Shown here one piece after another: positions 36,829 to 45,457 of a stretch of 64,000 nt of DNA (its first letter is position 1; the number at the start of each line of letters is the position of its first letter). The position numbers and the translations under genes are program-made. The stretch is taken from assembly GCA_040005235.1 (NCBI GenBank), contig JBDTZG010000006.1:1-64000 (forward strand), read 5' to 3'. A model generated the notes under the pieces. The model did no database searches and was not told the DNA's origin. It saw only the letters and a program-made list of their open reading frames with translations. The DNA is from Acidobacteriota bacterium (GTDB lineage: Bacteria; Acidobacteriota; Thermoanaerobaculia; Multivoradales; UBA5704).

Positions 36829-38541
36829 ATGAAACGGTTTGCCGCCTTTCTCCTTCTCGTCGCCCTGCTCGTCGCGAGCGGGCCATTGCCGGCGGCCTTC
36901 GAGCCCGCCCCGATCGGCCGCGGGGGAGCGGTCTCCGCAAACGATCGCCGTGCCTCGGCGGTGGGGCTGGAAGTCTTAAAGAGCGGCGGTAACGCGGTCG
37001 ACGCCTCGATCGCGACGGCGTTGGCCCTCGCCGTGGTCTTCCCCGAAGCGGGCAACCTGGCGGGCGGTGGTTTCGCAGTCCTGCGCCAGAAGGGCACTTT
37101 TGCCGCGCTCGATTTTCGCGAGGTGGCGCCGGCTGCGGCGAGCCTCGGCATGTACCTCGACGAGAAAGGCGAACCGAGGAAAGGCGCCTCGACCCTCGGA
37201 CCGCTCGCCACAGGAACCCCCGGCTCGCCCGCCGGGCTCTGGGAGCTGCACGAAAAGTACGGCAAGCTCCCCTGGGCGCGCCTGGTCGATCCGGCCGAGC
37301 GCCTGGCGCGCGAAGGGTTCACGGTCGATCGTCACCTTCACGAACGGCTGATCCATCCCGACCAGCAGCGACTCGCGCAGTTTCCCGAGACGCAAAGCTT
37401 CTGGCGCGCGGGGACCGAGCCGCTGCCGGTCGGCACGTTGATCCAACAGCCGGCGCTCGCCAAGACCCTCGCCGCCTATCGGGATCACGGGCCGGAGGCC
37501 ATCACCGGCGGCGCCGTAGCCGCGGCGGTCGAAGCGGCGTCAAAGCGGCACGGCGGAGTGCTCACAGCGGCGGATCTTGCCGCCTATCGGCCCACCTGGC
37601 GCGAGCCGCTCCGCTTTGCCGCGTTCGGCTGGCAACTCGCGACGATGCCCTTGCCCTCCTCCGGCGGCATGATCCTCGGCGAGACGTTCGGCCAGCTGGA
37701 GCGCCTCTCGTGGCCCAAGCTGCCGCGCTTCGGCGCCGATCGCGCCCATCTGCTTGCTGAGGCGCTCCGCCGTTCGTTCGCCGACCGCTACCTGCTGGGC
37801 GATCCCAAGACCACCCGTGCCGGCGCGGCCCAGCTGCTCGATCCCGCCTGGCTCGACCGCCGCGCCGCCTCGATCGACCGCGTAAAGGCGTCGCCCTCGA
37901 AAGGGATCTTCCCCTGGCCGGGCGACGCGCCGCCGGCCGAAAAGCCGGAGACCACGAATATTTCGGTCATCGACGCGGACGGCAACCTGATCGCGCTCAC
38001 CACGACGCTGAACGACCTGTTCGGCTGCGGCCTCTACGTTCCCGAGATCGGTTTTTTGAACAACGAGATGGACGACTTCGCGACCGCGCCGGGACGGCCG
38101 AACCTGTTCGGCCTGATCCAGGGCGAGGCCAACGCCGTGGCGCCGGGCAAGAAGATGCTCTCCTCGATGGCGCCGACGATCGCCTGGCGCGCGACGCCCG
38201 CGGGCGAAGAGGCCATCGCCATCGGTGGCCGCGGCGGTTCGCGGATTCCCACCCATGTCGCACAGGTGCTGCTGAATGTGATGGTCGACGGCGATTCGCT
38301 CGCCGAGGCGCTCGGCCGGCCCCGCCTGCACCATCAATGGCTGCCCGATCAGATCGAGGTCGAGCCGGACACGTTCTCGCCCGAAACCCGCGCCGAGCTG
38401 GAACGGCGCGGGCATGTCATTCAGCCGGCGATCCAGAGCGCAAGGGTGTTCGCGATCCACCGTCTGCCCGACGGCCGGATCGAAGCCGCGGGCGACCCGC
38501 GCGGCCCGAGCGGCGCTGCGGTGGTCGATCCGGAACGTTGA
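36829..38541 (+). CDS. ggt: Gamma-glutamyltransferase
   Basis: GGNAVDA, DFRE, ETTNISV (nucleophile Thr), LNNEMDDF, LSSMAP. Confidence 0.95.
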   Translation: MKRFAAFLLLVALLVASGPLPAAFEPAPIGRGGAVSANDRRASAVGLEVLKSGGNAVDASIATALALAVVFPEAGNLAGGGFAVLRQKGTFAALDFREVAPAAASLGMYLDEKGEPRKGASTLGPLATGTPGSPAGLWELHEKYGKLPWARLVDPAERLAREGFTVDRHLHERLIHPDQQRLAQFPETQSFWRAGTEPLPVGTLIQQPALAKTLAAYRDHGPEAITGGAVAAAVEAASKRHGGVLTAADLAAYRPTWREPLRFAAFGWQLATMPLPSSGGMILGETFGQLERLSWPKLPRFGADRAHLLAEALRRSFADRYLLGDPKTTRAGAAQLLDPAWLDRRAASIDRVKASPSKGIFPWPGDAPPAEKPETTNISVIDADGNLIALTTTLNDLFGCGLYVPEIGFLNNEMDDFATAPGRPNLFGLIQGEANAVAPGKKMLSSMAPTIAWRATPAGEEAIAIGGRGGSRIPTHVAQVLLNVMVDGDSLAEALGRPRLHHQWLPDQIEVEPDTFSPETRAELERRGHVIQPAIQSARVFAIHRLPDGRIEAAGDPRGPSGAAVVDPER

Positions 38542-38626
38542 GCCGGCAGTGATTTCTTTCCCTGCCGTGATCCGCGGAGATTCCAGGTAAACTCCGGCCG
38601 TTTTTCCAGCGAGGGGAGTTAAGAGC

Positions 38627-39766
38627 ATGGTCCAGGTGCTGGTGCCCAAAGAGCGCCGATCCGGCGAAACGCGTGTCGCCGCGACGCCCGAGACGGTCAA
38701 GAAAATGGTCAAGGAAGGGCTCGCCGTGGCGGTCGAGCGGGGAGCCGGCGAGGCCGCGTATTTTTCCGACGCGGATTACGAAGCGGCGGGCGCCACCCTC
38801 TCCGACGCCCCCGACTGGTCCGCCGCCGACGTGGTCTTGAAAGTCGCGCCGTTGGCCGAAAACGAAACGCCGAAATCCGGCGCGCTCGCGATCGGCCTGT
38901 TCGCCCCGCACGGTCCCCTCGACCGCGTCCGCCGCTTGGTCGAGGGAAACGTCACCACCCTCTCGATGGAGCTGGTGCCGCGCATCACCCGCGCTCAAGG
39001 AATGGACGCCCTCTCCTCTCAAGCGTCGATCGCCGGCTACAAAGCGGTTCTGCTCGCCGCAGTCCATCTGCCGAAATACCTGCCCCTCCTGATGACCGCC
39101 GCCGGCACGATCAAACCGGCCAAAATCGTCATCATGGGCGCCGGAGTGGCGGGCCTCCAGGCGATCGGCACGGCGCGCCGCCTAGGCGCGGTGGTCGAAG
39201 TCTCGGACGTCCGGCCCGAGGTCAAAGAACAGGTCGAATCGCTCGGCGCCCGCTTCATCGAGCTGCCGATGCTCGAACAGGAAAGTGGAGCGGGAACCGG
39301 CGGCTACGCCCGCCAGATGGGCGAAGACTTCCTCATCCGCCAGCGCGAAATCGTCCGCGAACGTCTGAAGACGGCGGACGCTGCGATCACCACCGCCCTG
39401 GTCCCCGGCCGGAAAGCCCCCACCCTCCTGACCCGCGAAATGGTCGAAGCCATGCGCCCCGGTTCCGTGATTATCGACCTCGCAGTCGAACAAGGCGGCA
39501 ACTGCGAGCTGTCGCAAGCCGACCAGGAGGTCGTCCACCAGGGCGTCCGCATCCTGGGCCCGTCGAACCTCCCCGCCACCCTGCCCCACGACGCGAGCAC
39601 CCTCTACGCGAGAAACGTCCTCGCCCTCTTGCTCCACGTGACGAAGAAGGGCGAGATGGCTCTGGATCCAGAGGAGGAGATCGTCAAAGCTACGCTCCTC
39701 ACCCACGCCGGAACCGTCCTGCACGGCCCGACGGCGGAGCGGTTGGCGAGCGAAGCCGGGGCCTGA
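38627..39766 (+). CDS. pntA: NAD(P) transhydrogenase alpha subunit, domain I
   Basis: ETRVAATP, PRITRAQGMDALSSQ, GAGVAGL, GGYA, IIDLA..GGNC. Confidence 0.93.
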   Translation: MVQVLVPKERRSGETRVAATPETVKKMVKEGLAVAVERGAGEAAYFSDADYEAAGATLSDAPDWSAADVVLKVAPLAENETPKSGALAIGLFAPHGPLDRVRRLVEGNVTTLSMELVPRITRAQGMDALSSQASIAGYKAVLLAAVHLPKYLPLLMTAAGTIKPAKIVIMGAGVAGLQAIGTARRLGAVVEVSDVRPEVKEQVESLGARFIELPMLEQESGAGTGGYARQMGEDFLIRQREIVRERLKTADAAITTALVPGRKAPTLLTREMVEAMRPGSVIIDLAVEQGGNCELSQADQEVVHQGVRILGPSNLPATLPHDASTLYARNVLALLLHVTKKGEMALDPEEEIVKATLLTHAGTVLHGPTAERLASEAGA

Positions 39767-40006
39767 TCGGGCGCGGCGGAGTACCCGGCGCACGCGCCCA
39801 CCCGATTTGTGAGCTTCCGGACCGACTGGCCGAATTCCCCGACCCCGGCTTGCGACGCAACGCAGCGCTGCACAAACGCTGCGCACCTGAATCCGAGGTG
39901 CGCTTGGTGAATGCATTGGGCCCGCGCGTTCGATCATCGGGACGCAAGCTCGAATCGTCGGTACTCGCGTCCGCCGGGGCGCTCCGCGGGAGCTGAAACG
40001 AGGAGA

Positions 40007-40876
40007 TTACGGCTCGGCCAGAACCTCGGTGGCGGAAGAAGCCACTGCGGCCCGTCGCAACCAGCGGCCCAGCTGCTCACGGTCCTGACACCCCAGAATC
40101 TTCTCCTGTTGCGCTTCGCTCGCCTCGACCTCGCGTGCCGCCAAAACTTCGAGAATCGATCGGGCGACTCCATCGGCCCGGCCTTCCTCTCGGCCTTCCA
40201 CCTTGCCCGCAGCTTTCGCAGAAGCTTCTCGCTTCAGAATCACGGGGTTCCCTTTGGCGACCAGCGCCTCGGCCACCGCGTTGTCGGCGATGGCGGCATC
40301 GAGCAGCGCAGCGACCTTGAGCGGAGTCGCCAAGCAGTGATCCTCAATATTTGCCCCCACCTCCAGCCGGCGCCAGGTACGCTCCTCGGGAGACCACTCG
40401 CCGACTTCGCCGTTCTTGACCCATACGGCGAAGATCCTCCGCACCCCGCGACGGTGCATGCGCTCGGCCTTCTCGGTCGCGAGTTTCTCGCTCTGCTTCG
40501 AAACGATCTCGAACGCGATCTCCTCCAGGTGGCGTCGCCCGGTCGCCGGGTCCGTTCCCTCCCGGCGGACGCAGGTGTCGGACGCAAAGTCTGAGTCCAC
40601 GCCATACCGGGTGATCAGGTCGGTCGAAGCGCGGTATCCGGAGGCGACATGTGCCCGGAGCACGTAGTCGAGCTCGGTCTGCTGATCGGCGTGGGGCGCC
40701 TCCGCCGGAAACGCCTCCATCCGCCGTCCGCCGATGATCTCGTCCCGGGTGACCTCCGGCTCGACCAGATGATCGTCGACGTTCGGAAACGAGCCGCGGC
40801 CGGGCAAACGCATCGCCGAGCCCGACCCATCCGGTCCGGGCGCCTTGAAGCTGTAGGCCCTGCGGTTCTCGTCCAT
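40007..40876 (-). CDS. Uma2-like PD-(D/E)xK nuclease with Rpn-like C-terminal tail
   Basis: EIIGG, FASD, AFEIVS, RGVRRIF; tail EGREEGR...ILGCQDREQLGRWLRRA. Confidence 0.75.
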   Translation of the reverse strand: MDENRRAYSFKAPGPDGSGSAMRLPGRGSFPNVDDHLVEPEVTRDEIIGGRRMEAFPAEAPHADQQTELDYVLRAHVASGYRASTDLITRYGVDSDFASDTCVRREGTDPATGRRHLEEIAFEIVSKQSEKLATEKAERMHRRGVRRIFAVWVKNGEVGEWSPEERTWRRLEVGANIEDHCLATPLKVAALLDAAIADNAVAEALVAKGNPVILKREASAKAAGKVEGREEGRADGVARSILEVLAAREVEASEAQQEKILGCQDREQLGRWLRRAAVASSATEVLAEP

Positions 40877-41172
40877 CCGTCGAATGATAACCGACTGCCG
40901 AAATCCCGCCTCGGTTGGTCCCCGGCCGCCATCCGCGCTGCCGCCGAAAGAGGGTACTTTACCCGCTCCCTATCAGAGCGCCCACGAAGCCGCCGAGAGT
41001 TGCCGAGTCGGGTCCTCAAAAGGCTGCGTGACGCCGACAAAGTCGAGAGCCTCGGCCCTCCGATGGCGGTAAGGAAGGGCGGCATGAACCCAAGATGACC
41101 CTTTCTTGGCGCCTTCTTCGCGTTTGGAATCAATGGGATGAAGACCCAGCAACTCGGCGTTGAAGCTCGCTC

Positions 41173-41201
41173 TTGACAGGGCTCGTGATCTTTTCGATAC
41201 T
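41173..41201 (+). promoter_or_regulatory. sigma70-like promoter
   Basis: TTGACA-17-GATACT upstream of the low-GC gene pair. Confidence 0.45.
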
Positions 41202-41459
41202 ACGCGCCACCCAGAAAGTCTTATGGCCTAAACAGGGTACTTGTCCCGCTGGATGCTTTTGAGGCACCATTGAGTAAAGAGCTGTGCGCCGCCGCCCGCC
41301 GCTTCCGGGCCTAGCCAGGTTGCCCCCAGCTCTCGCAAATAGCGGTTCAGGCGAACAGTCTGGACCATTACCCGGACAGGGGGTTCGCCCCACGGTGGGC
41401 GAGGCCGGCCCATGTCCTTAACCCGCGGCAACTATTGTTGCCTAATTACGGTGGTCCCA

Positions 41460-42158
41460 ATGGTTCAAAAGAAGCTCTTGGCCTGTTTCGGCCTTGCTGT
41501 CGGCATTCTGTTCGCGGTTCCCCCTGATGTACAAGGCGAGTTTTTCGGCATACCTCTCTCCGACACCCTATTCACCTTTGAGGTCAAGGTTCCTGGCTCC
41601 GAGTGCATCAGCGTACGCGACTCGAAAAGTTTCATCGACAAGCTATTGGGAAGTAATGATCAGGCGCCAGCGAAAATCAAGAATTGCCCCCAAGTTGCAA
41701 CCCGCGAAGGAACGTTATTCCATATCCAAGACACGACCAATGGCTATTGGTACGGCTTCATAGTTGTCCGAGAAGCCAAAGGCGGGGTGTCGGTTTCTCG
41801 ATTTAGCCTCACCCAGGATCGGATCGCTGGGCAAGCTGTTGTTCAAGATGCTGACAAACCACAATTGGTCCAGGTCGGCGGCGAAGCCTCGTTTCCATTC
41901 TCCAAGAAACCGGCGGCCCCCAAGATCAGGCTTGAATTGCTTGGAGAGGAAGAGGGTTCCTTTCCCAATTCTCCACCCTATACCGATCCGATTGACTCCG
42001 ATAATCATGCCCAAGCAGAATTCCTTAGACTCATATACGGAGACCCAAGCGCATCGATTTGCTGCGTCGGATGCGGTCCGATTCGAGTTTGTGGCGATAG
42101 CGTAAATCTCGGTTGCGGCGCATGCGGTGGTGGCGGTGGCGGGTATGGTCAAATCTAA
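41460..42158 (+). CDS. Secreted hypothetical protein with Cys-rich C-terminus
   Basis: Signal peptide; ends CCVGCGPIRVCGDSVNLGCGACGGGGGGYGQI; lower GC. Confidence 0.7.
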   Translation: MVQKKLLACFGLAVGILFAVPPDVQGEFFGIPLSDTLFTFEVKVPGSECISVRDSKSFIDKLLGSNDQAPAKIKNCPQVATREGTLFHIQDTTNGYWYGFIVVREAKGGVSVSRFSLTQDRIAGQAVVQDADKPQLVQVGGEASFPFSKKPAAPKIRLELLGEEEGSFPNSPPYTDPIDSDNHAQAEFLRLIYGDPSASICCVGCGPIRVCGDSVNLGCGACGGGGGGYGQI

Positions 42159-42234
42159 ATGGGTGGATTTCGCCGGAAAATTCATCTTGTAGGCAGCTAG
42201 ACCCTTTCCCCCAAGTCTGGGCAGGAGATGAACT

Positions 42235-43563
42235 TTGTCTGTCCGAGGACGTCCTTTTTTCCTCGCAGGTACACTCTGTCTACTTTGGGTGGTCGTAATT
42301 CTAAGTTGCCATTCAACGAGGCTGGTCCTTGCCGAGCCAACAATTGTCAACGCCGGAATGGGCGCTCCCCAGGACCTGTGGTTTTCTCCCGACGGATCAC
42401 TGGTCGCTGCCTATTCGAAGGGGCTTGCGCTTACGATTGTCAAATATGACCCAAGGACGGCAATGCCGCCGAAGGTAAAGCTGCTGGACTTCAGGGTTCT
42501 TGGAAAAGAACTGGGCTCCGTCACTGGACTTACCACGAATTTGCCTCTTCCGGCGTTAGGATCAGACGTTGTTGGGCGGTCGAATGGTGGACGCGGGACC
42601 AAGCTTATTTATTCAATTTCGGCAGACGCCAAGACCATTGCGTGGGCTGATGGCTCTACGGTAAAGGTGAGGGCGACTCAAGACTTCACCGGTCGCATGG
42701 GCGCTCAGGGCATGGTGACAGCCGACGAGACCGTCTTTTCGGTAGTACTGACCGCAGAAGGTATGGTCAGTGTCCTTGGACCCAGCGGAACGCTTACGAC
42801 CTATAGCAGTGGTACGCAGGAGAGACTGCTTCCGTACATAAAGCTCCCGACCGGAAGATGGAAGCTCAGCTCGCGAGGTCCTCGAATTGCGGCTGCAGAT
42901 TTTGCAGGAGGTAAAGCAGGACTGGTGGTCCTTGATCCGCCTTCGATGTTAGGCAAAGAATCTAGGTCTCCGGCGATTATCTTTCCAGGGGAAGAAATGG
43001 CCGAAGGAAGTCAAGTGGTGTTGGCTGCCAGCAAACGACTCCTAATCGGAGGCAGAGACGGATTGATAACAAGAGTTACATACAGCAAAGAAGGCCGAGC
43101 CAAGGCAAGCTTGCTTCTGCCGACCGGCGGAGGAGTGCGAGCAATTGCGCCGCTTGGAGGAAGTGACTTTGCCGTCGGAGGTGATTTCTCTGGAGTTTTT
43201 TTAGTCTCTCGGTTTCAGTTGGTTCAGTCGATTGCGGCTGGTCCGGCTGGGGTTCGACGAATCGCTGTCAACGGCGACTACATCGCTATTGCAACTGATC
43301 GTGAGCTTTTGGTCATGAAACGCACTCTTTCAATCAGGCTGGACGAATCCGGGAAATATTGGATCGGTTTGATGCTGTCGATAATTGGCGTCCTTGGATT
43401 TTATCAAACCTGCCTAGGCGAGCGAGGAACCAATGGGCTTCCCAACCGGGTGGACACACTCGTTGAGCTCGGTGCCGAAACGATTTCGCCAAGCCTTACC
43501 CCCCACACCCCAACCGAACCCGCTTCTTCTCCGCCCGGTGTTCCGCCAGCGACAGCTCCTTGA
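42235..43563 (+). CDS. Membrane-anchored WD40-like beta-propeller protein
   Basis: N- and C-terminal hydrophobic segments; FSPDGSLVA, ISADAKTIA, VRAIA, VRRIAV; lower GC. Confidence 0.65.
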   Translation: MSVRGRPFFLAGTLCLLWVVVILSCHSTRLVLAEPTIVNAGMGAPQDLWFSPDGSLVAAYSKGLALTIVKYDPRTAMPPKVKLLDFRVLGKELGSVTGLTTNLPLPALGSDVVGRSNGGRGTKLIYSISADAKTIAWADGSTVKVRATQDFTGRMGAQGMVTADETVFSVVLTAEGMVSVLGPSGTLTTYSSGTQERLLPYIKLPTGRWKLSSRGPRIAAADFAGGKAGLVVLDPPSMLGKESRSPAIIFPGEEMAEGSQVVLAASKRLLIGGRDGLITRVTYSKEGRAKASLLLPTGGGVRAIAPLGGSDFAVGGDFSGVFLVSRFQLVQSIAAGPAGVRRIAVNGDYIAIATDRELLVMKRTLSIRLDESGKYWIGLMLSIIGVLGFYQTCLGERGTNGLPNRVDTLVELGAETISPSLTPHTPTEPASSPPGVPPATAP

Positions 43564-45457
43564 ACGCTGGAAAGTCTGCGATTTCCACAAAGCGCCTTTT
43601 CGTTTCCGCCGTCCGTTCCAAGATCGCCAATCCGTCTTCGAAGCGCACGGTCTGGTGGAAGCTGCCCAGCGCGTTTTCGGTCGCGGTGTCTTGGGGTTCC
43701 AGTTTGCAGGCAGCCTCCGGCAGGCGGAAGCGCCAGATGGTTTTGGCGATGCCGGGGGAGAGGACGACCGGGATGGGGTTCGTGGCCCGATTGTCGAGCA
43801 CTCCGGTCGAGGGGGTGGCCGAGAGCGAGGTCGCTTGGAAGGAGCGGGAGGCGTTGCCGAGCAGGCCGGGGATGGTGAGCTGGATCGACGCCGTGGCGTG
43901 GGGGAGACCTTCTCGTTCGGGTTGCCAGCTCAGGCGACCGAGGGTGGCTCCCGGGAACAGTCCGGCGAAGAGGGCGCGCAGGGTGGCGTCGATCTCGTTG
44001 GGCTGCTTGTCCGCTAGGGTTTCGATCATCGAGGCCGCTTGCCAGCCGGAGAGGTCGAGCTTGGCTTGGCCTTTGGCGTCTCCCGTCGGCGGTTCGGCCG
44101 TGGCGACGCTCAGGTCGATCGTCAGGGTACGGGCCTCGCCGACCGGCAGCGTCGGCGTCCGGACAAGCTCGCTCTGTTCCCCTTGGTCGCCGCGGACGAC
44201 CAGGGCGTCCTGGTCCTGGTCGTGCGGCGCGAGCCAGACCAGCGAGGAGCCGATCTCTTGGGTCGCGTCGACGAACAGGTAACCTCCAGCGACCGGAGCC
44301 CCAGGCGGTAGGTCGAGACCGGCGACCGGGAGCGCCGCGATCGCGTGGTTGAAATCGAACGGCGAGGGAAAATCGCGGTCGATCCGGCCGAATCGATCTA
44401 GGCGGATCAGCACCGGATAGGCCTCGATGCCGGCCGCGGCGAGCAGATCGACCAGCAGAACCGCCTTGTCCTTGCAGTCGCCGTACTTCTTGCCGATCGC
44501 CTCGGCCGGCGCGTGCGGAATGTAGCCGCCGACTCCGACCTCGATCGCGACGTAGCGGACATCGCGCTGGGCGTAGCGGGCGAGCGCCGCGAGTTTTTGC
44601 TGCCTCGTGGCCGTGGCGCCCAATGCCCGGACCACTCGGTCCGCTTCGGCCCTCACTTCCGGCGCGCCGCGCGGCACGGTTCGGAGCAGGTTCGCCCACC
44701 AGGCGGCGACGCCTTTCCAATCGGGCGCCGGCCCCCAGGCGAAACGCAGGGTCGGCCCCGGATCGGTGGGGGCCGAATCGAGATCGCGGTCGGCGGGCAG
44801 GTCGTGCCCGGTAATGCGAACTCCTCCAGCGATCGGCTCGATCTCCAGGTTGCCGGTCGGACCGGAGACATGGAACCGAAAGCCCGGCCCCGCGCCGTTG
44901 ACTTCGACCGATAGGGCGGCGGTCTTGTCGCGGCCGGGGGAGAGGTCGATCAGGCCGCCGGGAAAGTACGGCTGTTCGACGACCGCCGATTCGACTTCCA
45001 GGGTCGAGCCGACCGGTCCGGCAGGGAAGTTCACGGTGCGGACTTTGACCGCGCTGTGGAGCACCCCGGCCGAGCTGACCTCAGCGGTGTCGAGAGCCTT
45101 CTTGCCCGCTTCGATCACCTTGCCGCCGGGCTGGATCGTCCGGGCGGCGAGTTGCTCGATGTGGGCGTTCTCGTCGTACCCGACGGGGTAGGGGGACCAA
45201 GCGGCGAAGTCCTCCGCCGCTTCGAGCCGGACGCGAATCTTCTCGCTGGTGCGCATCGAGCCGTCCGGGCGCACCTCGGCGACCACCGTTCGTTCGAGTA
45301 CGGTCGCGGCACGGGCCGGGTTCCCGCCGAATGATCCGAGCGCCACGAGCGCGCCGGCCGTTCCTATCGTTGCGAGCCGGACGAGCAGGGTGGGCGGAAA
45401 ATTCCGCCGCCGCCCGGCAACCGACCTAGCGACGGACGAGGACGAGAGCCTGTGCAT
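43496..45457 (-). CDS. DUF3857/transglutaminase-domain protein (catalytic)
   Basis: VRYVAIEVGVGG, YGDCKDKA, FNHAI, FVDAT (Cys-His-Asp triad). Confidence 0.88.
   Translation of the reverse strand: MHRLSSSSVARSVAGRRRNFPPTLLVRLATIGTAGALVALGSFGGNPARAATVLERTVVAEVRPDGSMRTSEKIRVRLEAAEDFAAWSPYPVGYDENAHIEQLAARTIQPGGKVIEAGKKALDTAEVSSAGVLHSAVKVRTVNFPAGPVGSTLEVESAVVEQPYFPGGLIDLSPGRDKTAALSVEVNGAGPGFRFHVSGPTGNLEIEPIAGGVRITGHDLPADRDLDSAPTDPGPTLRFAWGPAPDWKGVAAWWANLLRTVPRGAPEVRAEADRVVRALGATATRQQKLAALARYAQRDVRYVAIEVGVGGYIPHAPAEAIGKKYGDCKDKAVLLVDLLAAAGIEAYPVLIRLDRFGRIDRDFPSPFDFNHAIAALPVAGLDLPPGAPVAGGYLFVDATQEIGSSLVWLAPHDQDQDALVVRGDQGEQSELVRTPTLPVGEARTLTIDLSVATAEPPTGDAKGQAKLDLSGWQAASMIETLADKQPNEIDATLRALFAGLFPGATLGRLSWQPEREGLPHATASIQLTIPGLLGNASRSFQATSLSATPSTGVLDNRATNPIPVVLSPGIAKTIWRFRLPEAACKLEPQDTATENALGSFHQTVRFEDGLAILERTAETKRRFVEIADFPAFKELSLAEHRAEKKRVRLGCGG

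Noticed and set aside
39770-40000. Second 21-bp array after pntA
   Set aside because: Periodicity is too weak to define units by eye.
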